64,000 bases of DNA from assembly GCA_965153285.1 (NCBI GenBank), contig OZ229111.1; one strand, 5' to 3'. This DNA is from Podarcis tiliguerta (Eukaryota). Under the pieces are notes generated by a model, which saw nothing but the letters and a program-made list of their open reading frames with translations, was not told where the DNA came from and ran no database searches. This document shows positions 49,099-62,837 of this stretch, piece after piece (position 1 is the first letter of the stretch; each line of letters opens with the position of its first letter). A program made the translations under genes and the position numbers.

Positions 49099-52000
49099 GT
49101 AAGTAAAATCTCTTTTCTCCCCATTTTTTCTCTCCCCCTTGAACTAGCTCATTATTTCTGACAATCTGGAAATAAGTGGGACATTTTACATCTTTTCCAA
49201 AATCCCATTTAACGCGCTCGCCTACATCTCTTGACCACGCTGACTGCTATTGTGACTCCCCTTATGTAGAGCCTGATACCAATGTGCTCTTTTTTAATGA
49301 ATAGTCCATCCATCTCAGCCATCTCCTCAAAAAAAAGAGTGAATAATTAATCAAACAGACTGGCGAGGACTTGCTATTTTGTTTCCCTTGCTTGAACAGT
49401 GGGTCTCATGTGAATCACTTTATAGGAAAATTTAAAAATGAGTTTGGAGGCATCAAGGAGATGTGATGGGAAAGAGAGGATAGACTACTAGAAACATGCT
49501 TGCACTAGTATGAAAGGTGATGTAGAATAGGAGAGGAGAACCTGCTGCCCTCCAGGTGTCGCCGGACTCCAGATCCCATCACCCCTGACTATTGCCCATG
49601 TTGGCTGCATATGATGGGAGTTGGAGTCCAACCACATCTGGAGGCCAACAAATTCCTTCCTCTTCCTAGGGCTGCCAAGTATAGCTTAGTTTAAGGGAAT
49701 TACTCTTCTTTCAAATATAACAAGACCTTGGACCATACTGGATTCCACTTATTTCAGTGTTCTGGAGTGTATGCTCAACCTACGGCTCCTTGCTGTATTA
49801 TTGCACGTCTCCGAGCAGGTTCCAGGCACTTACCCAGGTTTCCTTTTTAATGAGGAACAGCAGACACACTGGTGTCGACATATGGTTTATTTACATGTAT
49901 GTGCAACCTGAGCCTATGATGGAGGAGCTCACACCATCCATACCCCAAGAAGGTCTTGCTTCTTCCATTGCCACAGCCTTGAATTCCAGCAAAAATCAGG
50001 CATGGCTCTGCCTCGCAAGCTTCAGCCTGAATCCATCTCCTACCTCTCACACATCAACTCCACCTTTGTCTTTCTAACAAAGGGGTGGGGGTACCCACTG
50101 GCTGTTTGGCCCAGAGCCACTTCCTCTGTTACTTTAACATCCCATACTTGGAGAACCATTACTGAGAAACGTGTCTCGCTATTCCAGCAATTTGAATCCT
50201 TGCTGGATCCAGGGACTGTGAATAACGGACACACACCCCCCAAAAAAAATTTCACAACGCTGCTTTGCCCCTGATCCACATCTTCAGCAATGCTATGACA
50301 GCTTTTTGTCCTCCTCCAACCAATGCTTTTCATATGATCCATTTTATCTGGGTATGTCAGTGTGAAACAAGGTTTCTTTGACCTTCCAGAAATAACAAGA
50401 TGGGCTACATAGCTCACTTTCCTCTCGGCTCTCTGAAGAAAAGCGGAGAGAAGAATGAACTGAAATAATGATTTTAGGGAATTGGGGATTTTTGCACACA
50501 CATTTTTATTTTTATTTTTAAATCTCAGCCTCTCTTCCTGGATTGTTGCTCTATTACTCTTCAGTGCTTCTTGCCAGGACTTTCCCCCCTCTAGATGGTG
50601 GGGATTTCAATCCTAGTCCCAAGCAGGGGACTTCCTTACATTTTCATTTCAGAATGCCTGCCCTATTGCCATATATTGACATTTGTAAGGTGCTCTGGCA
50701 AAGGTGAAGGGCAGGTATAAACATTAAACTAAGGTATAGCCAGCTGACCATGTTTGAAAGACTGCCTCGTGTCTGCAGCTGAGACTGCCCGACCCTCGCC
50801 ATCAGCAGGGATGATTGAATCTGCCAGTGTCATTTCCCCCTGAATTTCTCGTTTTTTTCCAAACTTAATTTCAGGTTATTGTTTTCTTTAATAAAAAAGA
50901 TGCAAGTCTTTGAGTGCAATTCTCCTGACGTACACATTTTTGCAAGCAGTTTTTCCTAATATAAAGCATTTTTGTATACACCAATAGGTGCGTTTTTTAA
51001 TGTATGTTTTCTCCTTGCGAACCGCTTAGAGGCCTTTCGTCATGTAAGCACTATATATATATAGTTAAATAAATAAATAAATGTACTAAAATAATATATG
51101 CATTAGGTATACTTTATATTGTTTGAGAGCTACATAAGGTAATTCAGAGAAGTGAGAATTTTTGAAGGATAGCTGTTTTCAGTTTGCATATTTTTTCCGG
51201 GAATTTTGAATTAGACAGATTCACCTTAGAATGCACTCTGAATTTAATTTATCCTCTATCCCTACCCATAATTAATCCTGAAAAATGATTTCAGGATTTT
51301 GATGGTATGTGCATCTCTCTCTCTCTCTCTCTCTCTCTGACTCCCAAAGGTTGATTGTGGTTCCTTGACAGCATGTTACTGGTCAAATAATTTAGGACAT
51401 TATGAATTGTTCTTCTCTTATCTGTATATTTTCCTAATAATTTCCAGATTATTTAAAAACAAGAAACAACCACCATAAAACTTAGAACAAGATGCTTTGT
51501 GCTAGTGATATCAATACAGTAACAGCAACTAAATATTCCAAGGAAATTTCATTTGCATCTGAAGTCCAGTGTATCCAATCGACCAGAGTATCTAGATAAA
51601 TTTGGGGTCTCAATCCTTCCCCTCTGTTTAACACTATGCATGAGTGCAAAGCTTTGTAGTGCAAAAGAAAGGACCCATCTTGTCAAATTAGCCAGTTACC
51701 TTGACAACATGAGGTACTCAGACTGTGATCCATCTGTCAGAAGCCGGAAATTCCTAGGCTCTATTTGCTTTTCTAATCCCATTAAATTAAACTTAATCTG
51801 GCAGGATGTTCCCTGTTGTTATTGTTGTCGCTTTTATCATTTTATAGCTCAAGTATCTTGCTCATAATTTTTTTCCCCACCTAGCAGAGCTGATGGATGG
51901 CTGAATTTATCTGCCACTGTCTAACTGTGGGTGTAATTCATTTAATGTGTTTGCAAATCCTGGGTAATTCATCTTCGCTCCTGTGCAGCAAAGCTAGGAC

Positions 52001-53820
52001 CACACAGATGCATAAGGAAGCAAGTCAAGGAACAAGTATGAATCAATAATAAACGCAGGGACCAAATACAAGACATTTAACAATAGGCTGGAGGTGCTGG
52101 TGGTGATGGGGTATATGTGAGTATATGGAAGGCAGGCTATTATTTTGTTATGGGAGGAAGCAAGTAAAAAAAAGAGGCGATCTGATGACATAACAATGAA
52201 AAATTCTTGCTGAGGTATAAAGGTAAAAGAAATGGCTTTAAAGGCTTCTTTAAATAAGATCAATATGAACTGCGTTGTGGATGAAAGAGACAAGAAAGAA
52301 GAGAGAGAGAACAAAAAGAGATGGAGGATGAACAGAATATTACAGAGATGTCGGGTGAAATCAATTTTTTTTTTGCAAATGTCAAGTTAAGTCGCCATCA
52401 ATTTGTCTTTCTGTTACAGAACCGAATGTTCCTAACGTTGTACGAATTAACTGCCTTGTAAAGTTCTGCATGTTTGCAGGGAATGAATTAGGATGGGGAA
52501 GGAGATTTTAATTTATGTTGTATTGAGATAGAAGGGAATAGGGTGGTTCTGAGCTTGCAAAAGGAGTGTAGAATGGCCCGGACGTATGAGAATCGTGGGT
52601 TGCTACCTTCCTGTGATTTTTACACTTCCGTGGCAGACAGAAATTCACAGGTGAATTTTCCAAGCAAAGAGAGATGAGGTGAAAGAGAAACTTTAACTGG
52701 TTAAACACTTTGCTGGTTGATGCTGAAGGAACAGGATAATTGCTAGAAGAAAGGTGGCCACTGCAGTTCAGCTGAAACATGAGAGGGGCAAGAAGTTCAG
52801 GAAGGGAAGTTGGGGGGGGACCCCTAGAATAGACATGCATATGTGTGGCAACACAGAGGCAGGGTGTGTTACTCCATTGTGGTGAAAACCTAAATAGTTT
52901 GACATTGTGCTGCCCTGTAATAGTAAAGCTGCCACCCTAGAGATGTTTTCTCACCCTGTCTAATGGTAGGGCTGGCCCCAGGTCTGCTTTACATGCTTCA
53001 TTCCCAACAGCAGTAGGTCGTGTGGAAGGGCAGAGCTGGAGAGGTGCCTTCCCAACACCGGTAGGGCAGGACAGCCATGAGTTTGAGATGGGGCAGATGC
53101 ACTGATGGCTTTGCAACTGAGTCCCACCATATACCGGCTGCTAGTGAGTCTCAGCATGAAAATCGCTTCCACATGGCTGTGTTCTGTGCAGTGACTGTAA
53201 TGGCTGAAAGCCGATTTTTACGTGACTTTCTCTCATCATGTGGAGACCTTCTGTGTTAGCATTGCTCTCCCACCATAGAGTGCATCTGTAGATTGAAACA
53301 TATGGCATAGGGCATTCAAACAGTCACCGTGCACAGAGTGACTTTCTTGCTGACTTTCGCATGGGCCTCAACTGAATTGCAATCCTTTACTTTCTAAGAG
53401 GCCCAGAAGTTTGGTGGCATTGTACATATTCTAGGTTGGCATCACCCCCATCTTTCACGTTCTAGGCGGCACGATTGGGTACCGTGGTCTGGTGCTGAAA
53501 CCACCACCGTACCATCTATAGTTTCACAGTCACCGTGTCACGTGGGCCATGACAATAGTTTTCCATGAGTTTAGATTAGCTGTTGAAGAATTTAGATTCC
53601 TGAGGGGAAATGTCATTTTCTCTGCAAAGTGTGGTGGACAGTAAGACGGACTATAACCACTGCCAGGAATTAATATGGTGCAGTAATAGAAAACAAAATA
53701 AGGTTGGAACCGAGCTCACAGATGGCAAGTTTGACCCTTCTGCCTAGCTTTCGAAGCAAGAAGAACCCAACTTAGTAGGACTTCTCCCATTTAGTGGCTG
53801 CTTTCCCTTTGCTCCCTCAG

Positions 53821-53980
53821 GTATGCGCATCCTGGTCACGCTGCTTTTGGACACGCTTCCCATGTTGGGGAACGTTCTCCTCCTCTGTTTTTTTGTCTTC
53901 TTCATCTTTGGTATTGTTGGAGTCCAGCTTTGGGCAGGGCTGCTCAGGAACCGCTGCTTCCTTCCAGAAAACTTCAGTTT
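53821..53980 (+). CDS. CACNA1G: CACNA1G exon 5, repeat I S5
   Basis: Encodes (S)[59 protein letters not shown] acceptor and TT|GTAAGT donor; 160 nt. Confidence 0.96.
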
Positions 53981-56681
53981 GTAAGTATGAATGAGGCACC
54001 TAAACGTTCTTAGGGTATGCTTGCATAGGGGTTTTATATGTGCATGGTGGTGAGGCAAGGAGTTTCTTTAGATAAACATGCTAATCCCAGCAAGATCTGA
54101 GGAGTCTGCGTCATGCTGCCGCTGTTTCCTCCATTCTGTTTGCTTGCCTTTGTGGGTGAACGCTCAGTTTGCATATTATCACTTCAACTTTCTTGCTGTG
54201 GTATGTTTTTTTGGCGCAAGATTCACAGGTTCTTTTCCTAGTTTTCCTTCTTGAAGAGCAGGAGTAGCCAACATGCTGCCTTCCAGACTTTGGCTTCCGT
54301 CATCCCTGACCATTGGTCATGCTGGCTGAGGCTGATGTGAGTTAGAAGTCACAACAACATAGGGAGGGCACCATTTTGGCTATACTTCTTAGCAACAGGA
54401 TTTTTTAAGAGTAGCAACCCACACCCCACGCAAAGGTAATTCCATAAAAAATATAAGCAAATCACTATTAATAATGTTGGTACCTGTTAACAAAATACAT
54501 CTTTGAAGTGTGTAGAGGCTGTCTTGTTGATTTATGATTGTTGTGATTTATGATTATCAGTACTGTGTCAGACATTATTAGTAGGCAATGTTCCCAAATA
54601 GTGAACGATGATAAGAAATACTTTCATGGCGCGTTAAGAATACATTTACATTGGACCTTAGTGTATTCAAATGGTTACACCTTTGTTGAGCCTGATCCAA
54701 AAGTCACAATGATGTCTCATTAATTTCAATGTTACTTATAGATTACCAACTTACTATGAATTGGTTTGATGATTTCCGTAGTGAATCTCAAGGCTGTTTT
54801 CAAGCAAGGAGAAGTGGGCTGGAGTGGGGAAAATGTAGTGCATATTGGTAACTTTTGAACAGTCTAAGCAGGTTTGAACACAACATTCTGCTGATAATGT
54901 ACAGGAAGTCCAGAATTTTCCAGGTGTTATGGAGATGAACTTTCCAGTCTATTCCCCAGTTACGTTTTTAAGACGTGAGCAGCGTTAAGCTGGATCAGAA
55001 GTGGCTCTCAAAATAGTGCAGAAGTTAGGTGTATACATGTGTGTACGCATGTGTTTTCCTGGCTCCCAAACTTGTGCAAGTCTTCTGTCGTTTTTTGTTG
55101 TTGTTTTTTTGCTTCCACTCCCTCTATCAAAGGGAGCTGGGATTTCATTAACATGCAAAATCCCTCTAGGTAAATTGGCAATAAAGTAAATGAATTGCTG
55201 ATCAATTCTGGGTATATCCAACACAGCAGCTACTGGTCTGAGTTTAATTGAACCAGAATGCCAGGATTTCAGCTTAGCTTCCAGTGGCATTAAAAGCAAT
55301 ACTTCAGGAATTAACCGGGCTGAACTCTCCTTAAATATAGCTCCACCAGCTTTTTGCAATGAGTCCTTGTGGCATCAGCGAAGTAGCCATTTATTGAGGC
55401 AGGAGTATGCTAATTCCCAACAAGTCAGCACTTACTTCCCTTTCCATATCAGGGCGAATGCATTGAATTGGCTTATTATACCAGTAGCATCTTCTGAAGT
55501 AATGTTCATTTCTAATGCCAGAAACACAAGTGGTGCCTGCCATGTGAAGGGAAGTATTTAGAAAGCAACAGTAGCATTTTTTAAAAGATATTCTGAATCC
55601 CAGTAAGGGTTTTTCACCATCTACCTCTAGTCTGAAAAACGCCTGCCTAGTCAGTCCTTTTTTAATACCATTATTCATCTAAATTGACATTTGAGAATGC
55701 ACAATGAAAATATTGAGAGTGGGGTGGGAAGACATCAGTATATATCACATTATAAAGCCCATTATTTACCTAACCCAATCCTGGGAGGTTGGGGTGGGAG
55801 GGCATTAGTTGACTGAAAAAAATGGACAAGGTATAAACAAAGGTATAAACAAAGCTATTTCTTTATTTTTAAGGGCAACACTAGTTTGAAAGCTGTAAGC
55901 TGTTGAGCCAATAGAACACACAAGATTTTAAAATGTAAACTCGTTAAAAGCAAGCTTAGATAGACCAGGCTGTTGCCTGCTTTCTTGCACCCTCTCTTCC
56001 CTACTGGGATGGTAAGAGAAGTTCATGACCATCTTGACTAATGTTTATCCTGAGCACTTAAGGCTAGATTACCAATGGTCATGACTTTGAGCATTTTTCG
56101 CTCTTACTTAAATACTGTACAGTATTTCAATAATTATGCAAACCAGATTTTTTATTATTATTATTTTGGTTTCCTTTAAATAACTTCAGTTGCTGTATGC
56201 AGTCCACAAGGGCATAATAATGGATGTACTAGAATCAGAAAATTTCAACCATTCATCCCAGTCTCTGATAGCTGATCCCCAGCAGTTTAGATGAAATTGT
56301 TCAAGAAAGAGCCATTTTGGAGTGATATGCTATTCATTATGAACTTCAAAATATCCACAGTTTAAAGACATCTGGAAAAATGAAATTGTACTCCCAGACA
56401 GTCAAAATGCCCTAACCCTCAATTAATTTGTGTAAAGGCTTTTTCTGAACCCAATTATCCTATTCACCCTTGTGACATCTTAGGGCCATGAGTTCCACAG
56501 GTTACCCTGTTAACTTTGTGAATGAGTACTTTCCTCTTACATTTTCCAGTCTGTTGCCCTTTAACACCACTATGCATCCCTCAGTTATATAGAAATAGGT
56601 TTCCTTCATTTCCCTACACACACACACACACGCAGAGGCTGATACTGGGTATTTAACCTGCACTTTTCTGTTTCCTTTAAG

Positions 56682-56973
56682 CCCTTACACAATCGAGGTG
56701 GAACCCTACTACCAGACAGAGAATGAAGATGAAAGCCCTTTTATCTGCTCTCAGCCTCGAGAGAATGGGATGCGTTACTGTCGCGACATCCCAACAAGGA
56801 GGGAAGAAGGTCTGCAATGCACCTTGGACTATTATTCCTACAACGACACCACGAACACCTCTTGTGTCAACTGGAACCAGTATTACACAAACTGCTCTGC
56901 GGGGGAGCACAACCCTTTCAAAGGAGCAATCAATTTCGATAACATTGGATATGCATGGATTGCAATATTTCAG
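56682..56973 (+). CDS. CACNA1G: CACNA1G exon 6, extracellular S5-P turret
   Basis: Encodes [33 protein letters not shown]...[38 protein letters not shown] acceptor and CAG|GTGAAC donor; 292 nt, frame consistent with both neighbours. Confidence 0.94.
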
Positions 56974-57376
56974 GTGAACAAAGGGACTCATCTGACTCCA
57001 AGCTTGCTGTATCAACAGGCTATCCTTCAGTGACAGGGAAAGCTAGGTCAACCTTTACTCTTGCCCCGAAGTAATTTTTTATATGCAAAGAATATTAATT
57101 TGTGGTTGAGAATCTCCAGTTGTTATTCTTCAGTTCTATCAAGCATGGGGTCGACACTTGTATGAAATGATTTTTTACTTTGGGGTTTTGTCATTCTTTA
57201 GTGATTTCATAGCCTTTGTGTTAAAAGATCTGACAGATGACCTAGTATAAGTAATAGCACTGGTGTATTTTCTTGAACATCCATAGATGATTGCCCATGC
57301 TTCCTATCCTTGAGAGTCCTGCATCCGCTGGTACAAGCTAACTGATGCTTTCCTTTTCCTTTTCTCTTGCCTACAG

Positions 57377-57469
57377 GTCATCACTCTGGAGGGCTGGGTA
57401 GATATTATGTACTTTGTCATGGATGCTCATTCGTTCTACAACTTCATATATTTCATTCTCCTGATCATT
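57377..57469 (+). CDS. CACNA1G: CACNA1G exon 7, repeat I pore loop (selectivity-filter Glu) and start of S6
   Basis: Encodes [37 protein letters not shown] acceptor and ATT|GTGAGT donor; 93 nt. Confidence 0.96.
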
Positions 57470-60053
57470 GTGAGTTATCTCTCTAGTCTTCATGGCAACC
57501 AGAGGTGTTGCACTCAAGAGTTATAAGGGAAAGAAACATGGGGGGGGGGGCGACAGAGGAAAGGAGAGTTATAAGCGGAGCCTGAGAGAGATGGTAGCCC
57601 ATTAGCAAAGGATGCGTTCTAACTTTCCTCCCTGTGGCTCTTGTGTGTACAAGAGAGAGATGTGGCAAATGAGAGCACCGACTGACTAAAGTGATAGTGA
57701 AGGTCTACGGGTAGTAAGAAGAAAGTAATGGAAAGCAATGAGGCATGAGGTGTTTGTTGATTTGGAGCATAGCATACACATGGCATTCTGCTTCAAAAGG
57801 CATTTTGCAACATCTGAGGCCAGCATAAACATTATTTACATGATTCAGCCAAGGCTAAGTACTTTTGTCATATGATTTCAGTGACAGGAGTTAGCACATG
57901 TTTAACTCGCATTGAAATCAGTGGAACAGAAAAATGCTTAACTTTAGCTGGGCGGTGCCCCAGATACACAGATACACCCCATAGTATTACAAATGATAGC
58001 ACACATGGATAAAGAACATTTATATGTTTCTAAACCCCAGAACAATTTGTTCTGTTTTGATCAGAAACAGAGTGACTTGGGTCTTGGGCACTATAAACAC
58101 ACTTAGAGGTCAGCTTGCTAAGATCATTCTAGATTCCTTAGGCTGAGATGGATATTTAATCATACCTAAATGGCTGAAAGGTGCACTGACTTGCAGTCTC
58201 ATAAGCATTTGGGGGTATGAACAGATTGTATGTTTACTTTCCTCCTTGATGGCAATGAAAGGGAAAATGAATCAGCATCTTCTTACTGCTCAGGTGACAT
58301 GCATGGATCATATATCTGAAGGTATACGGTAGCCAGGAGAGGAGGCTAGTTACTAGGTCCTTTTCAAAGCTGAATGATGATCATGATCTCCTGAAAATGC
58401 AGCCTGATGAAAAGACTGTTTCAGAGTAAAATATCCAATCTTTTGCTGCAGACAGCTGCTGTAGTTGGGTTACAGCCTCTCCGCAATTCCAGTTAACAAA
58501 GCGGGAGATCCTCTCTGCGAGGGAAAAATCTGTCCTGAAAAGTAAATGCATGGGAGAAAGAAATGCTACTTAATTGTGATAATAAGTAAGCTCTGACTAC
58601 CGGGAAGCAAAAATTAGAGAAACCCTTCTAAGTCACAATAAATCTCCCTTCTGCTTTGAGCTCTTTGTGTCATCTGCGGAACTGAGGAGTGGGTGTCCCT
58701 GAGGTGAGGAAGCTTGAGAGTCTTTGACGTGGAAGGAAAGAAAAGAACAGGGCAGGGAATATCCACCCCGTGTGAGTCACACACAGAATGTGATGATGAC
58801 TGCTCTTGACTGGGATGGGGTTTGGGGCTATGTTTTGTATTACATGACACTAGCCTTTGTTGTCAGCTACTTCCCATATTGTGATTTTTAGACACAGGTG
58901 CACTTCCTGAGTGACTCCTGAGGCTGAGAACATCAGTGTAGTTTCGTATACATAAGCACACCACCTCTGGATAACAGAGCTGTAGACTTACAAAAGGAGA
59001 CAGCTTGGATCGGTGTCAGGAGTTGGCATTATTGGGCAGTTGCCAAGGCCTGTAGCCTAGCAAAGGGCTCCCTGATGGCCCCTGCAACACCTTCACCCTG
59101 TGTCTGCGTTCTGGTGTCACTATCCTCTGTTCACCCGCCCTCACCAAGCGTAGGAGCAGTTACAAGAGAGAAGAGAGGGAGGAGCAACCTCCACTTGCCT
59201 TGACCTCTCCTCCGTGTAATGGAGGGGTCTGGACCCAGAAGCAGTGTGGGGAAGCAAATGAGCAGTGCAGGCAGGCAGTCATGGAGGCAGGAACCAGTTA
59301 GTCAATGGGACCAGTTATTCATGACTTCAACTCCCATTGAAATCAAAGGGAATCAACTTAAATCTGGATCCAACCCTATAATTTGTCCCCTTGTTATTCC
59401 CAGAAAGCTTTCCTTCCAGGAACTGATGACCAGACCCCACACCAGATTATCCTGTGCCTTCAGACCATAGTATTGAGGGCAGACGATTAAGAGATTTGGT
59501 GTCAGAGTTTTGTTTTTCATCGTGTGATGAGATAATACTTGTTTGGTCTTTTAAAATTGGTTTTGAATAGAACTGTGAGCAGAGTGTCGCTTGAAATTTC
59601 CCATTATTTGCATACTGATGGGGGGGAGAGAGAAGGGGACCATTTTGCCAAGGTGACAAGTTTTCCAACAGTTTCTTGGGGTTTCCCATTAGCACTGGCT
59701 CTGCCACTGCTAGTGGCAGCATCACCAACCATATTGGACCACATGAACTAGTGTTGTATCAGGGCAATGGTGGTGGTTTGCTGGGGTGGTGGACGTAGGA
59801 ATAGTGGGTGCTACCTAAATAAATGGTGGTGGGAAATTCCATGAAGTGGTTCTCTTTTACTAGGGGGTTCAGAAAAAGAAAATATCTTAGAAATGTTCCG
59901 GGGGAGGCAGGGGGGAGGGAGTCTTTGGAGAAATGCTGGCTCAGCTCTAGTTTTGAAGATTTTTTTTTAATGACTGGTTCTCTCTCAGATACACTTGCTT
60001 CAGGCTTCCTCCCTGGGTGTAGGAATACTGACACACCCCTCCTTCCCTTACAG

Positions 60054-60852
60054 GTGGGCTCTTTCTTCATGATAAACCTCTGCTTAGTGGTCATAGCAAC
60101 TCAGTTCTCGGAGACCAAGCAGCGGGAGAGCCAGCTGATGAAGGAGCAGCGAATCCGCTACCTCTCCAATGCTAGCACTCTGGCCAGCTTCTCAGAGCCA
60201 GGGAGCTGCTATGACGAACTCCTCAAATATCTCGTCTACGTCCTCCGTAAGGCCAGTAAGCAACTGGTGGAGGTCTACCGAACCACAGGGGTGAGGATGG
60301 GCTTTCTCTCCAGCCCGGGTAGCAAGAGCAGTGCAGAGCGGCAGCCGTGCAAACACCGGCCACGGAAAAGGTCCTCTGTGCATCATCTCATTCACCACCA
60401 CCATCACCACCACCACCACTATCACCTGGGCAACGGAAGCCTTCAGGCACCGCGCGCCAGCCCTGAAATCAGCGACGTCGAAACCAGCTCGCTTCACAAT
60501 GGTGCAAATAGGCTGATGCTCCCTCCAACAGCCAATCCTCACCCCACTGCCAGCAACGCTGAGTCCGTTCACAGCATCTACCATGCAGACTGTCATTTTG
60601 AGCCCATTCGCTGCAGATCATCTCTCCCGCCTCAGCCTGGTCTCAGCTTACCAGGGCCAGAGGTGCTTCCCAGGACTGTGGTTGGCAGCAAGGTCTACCC
60701 TACTGTACACCCAAGTAACTCCCATGAACTGCTGAAAGAAAAAGGTTTAGCAGAGCCCACGTTGAACCCTGGGGCCAGCACGCTGATGAACCTTAATATC
60801 CCCCCGGGACCCTATAGTCCAATGCAGAAGCTACTGGAGACACAGAGCACTG
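60054..60852 (+). CDS. CACNA1G: CACNA1G exon 8, end of S6, gating brake and His-rich I-II linker
   Basis: Encodes [33 protein letters not shown]...[16 protein letters not shown]...[15 protein letters not shown]...LLETQST(G). TACAG acceptor and G|GTAAGT donor; 799 nt. The 59823 ORF extends into intron on both sides. Confidence 0.96.
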
Positions 60853-62356
60853 GTAAGTGTTTGGGTAGGGTGTCAGCCACTAAGATGCCACTTAAATGGA
60901 AGGCAGAGCCGCTGTTCATCCCTAACTTACCTTTTCAGGCAGGGCTGCCATTGATTAGGGTCAGGTGAGATTTGGGATGATTCCGGTTGTCTTCAGTTCA
61001 GAACTAAGACAGAAGTTAGTTTATAAGGATCTAACAAAACCTGTTCATTGGAAATAATTCATTTTGGGTGTGTCGATTACCTCCTCCCAACCTGCCCCAC
61101 TGGAAAACATGAAATGGGGGCAGAGAATGAAAAGATAGAGCTTAATTTTTTTTCAAATTGGTTGTAACAAAGTAACATGTAATCAAATTTGTGTTGATAG
61201 CAAGTCGGCTGTTCTGTGCCCCCCAGTAAGATGGAGAGAAAAATGAATGTTATGAAGAAGGCATTCCAGACCTTACTCACTTGCTCTAAGTCAGCAGTCT
61301 TCAGCCTTTTCAGACAAGGGACCCACCTTTAACCCAAATATTCATTTGAGGACCTTCTTAATTATTTTTTAACCACATATTGGTATGAGGACCATGCTGC
61401 TCTCCCGATCCCTGATGCACATCATTGCAAATGTGCAAATATTCAGGGCTTTGTACTCAGAAAGTGAATTTGTCATTGCATTTGTTTCCTGCCCATGTCC
61501 ATTTTCTTTCATAACAGTGAAGAACAATCTAATGACTTGGTAATTCTTCCTTAACTTCTTAGGAAGGTGACCTCTTAGGCTGCAGTCTTAAGCACACTTA
61601 CCTGGGAGTGCACTGCAGCCAACCCAACTGAACACAGTGAGACTTGCTTTCAAACAAGCATGCATAGGATCAGGCTGCACATTATGTAACTTGTAAGAGC
61701 TGCTCTATCTGAACATGATGTGTTTTGGTAGGGAGCCACACACCTGTGAGTATATATGCAGATGTGTATGATGCTTTCCCCTTTAACACATGAGCAGAAC
61801 ATGATGTTTGCCATTAGAGAGATCCATAAGAAAAACTGTCTGGATGTGATGCGTTGTAGGGCCATGTAGCCAAAATCTTATTATCTGCCTTATATCAGCC
61901 ATGGGAGTTTCCCCTGCTGGCTTCGAAATGAGAGAGACATTACAACTGGGTCAGAGGTGCATTCTGGAGACAAACTCTTCATTCCACCATAGCCAGCACA
62001 AACGGGAGACTCTTTGTATCCTTGTCGTCTGGTGGGGTACCATCTGTCAGCTGGCCTCAGCCATTGCGAGAAATGATTTGAGAATGATATGTTTAGGGGG
62101 AAGTTGTTAATGTTGAAGTATCAGCAAACAGCAGGAACACCCAAGCAGCTTGCTGGCTGCAGTGCTTGTCTCTAATTACAGCTCCTAATATTCCAGGTGC
62201 CAGAAGAGCTGATTGCTTTTTGTTTTAACTTAATAGCCAAATGTGTAATGAGGTGACTGTGAACTCTTGGCAGTGGACAGCTGTCACTCATTCTTTTCTC
62301 TCTCTTTTTTTCATCTTCAAAGTTAGTTAGCAGACATTCATGGCTTAGCAATTGTT

Positions 62357-62613
62357 CTTGTTTAGTTGTTTAGTCGTGTCCGACTCTTCGTGACCCCATG
62401 GACCAGAGCACCCCTGTCTTCCACTGCCTCCTGCAGTTCTGTCAAACTCATATTAGTAGCTTCAATAACACTGTCCAACCATCTCGTCCTCTGTCGTCCC
62501 CTTCTCCTTGTGCCCTCCATCTTTCCCACCATCAGGGTCTTTTCCAGGGAGTCTTCTCTTCTCATGAGGTGGCCAGAGTATTGGAGCCTCAGCTTCAGGA
62601 TCTGTCCTTCCAA
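62357..62613 (-). mobile_element. Bov-B (RTE) LINE 3' fragment
   Basis: EGQILKLRLQYSGHLMRREDSLEKTLMVGKMEGTRRRGRQRTRWLDSV...VHGVTKSRTRL is the characteristic Bov-B C-terminus; (CAA)-type tail. Confidence 0.92.
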
Positions 62614-62690
62614 TAAATTAGGGTGTGGAAATGAACAGTATCATAGATTTTCTTCTTTTGTATAGGTGATAAGGTGAAGAAATTCAGAGG

Positions 62691-62728
<38 letters not shown>

Positions 62729-62837
62729 AAGTATCCTATCTGTTCTTAGGTCATGAGCTTAAGGAGGTGAGATATAATAGGATAAACTGTGTCAACTGTG
62801 TGTGTGTGTGTGTGTGTGCATGTCCTATAGCTATATA

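Noticed and set aside
50653-50684. 32-nt cryptic exon (TTTCAG ... TTT|GTAAGG)
   Set aside because: Splice-like motifs at a frequency expected by chance, with no other support.
53470-53500. REST/RE1 sites (TTCAGCACC half-sites here, at about 19700 and at about 28198)
   Set aside because: No correctly spaced GGACAG right half-site.
56665-56681. TTTCCTTTAAG as a second U12 branch point
   Set aside because: It abuts the AG and the intron 5 donor is U2-type GTAAGT, so it is an ordinary pyrimidine tract with an AAG acceptor.
59823-60053. N-terminal part of the 381-aa ORF
   Set aside because: Intronic open frame upstream of the exon 8 acceptor, with no similarity to the channel.
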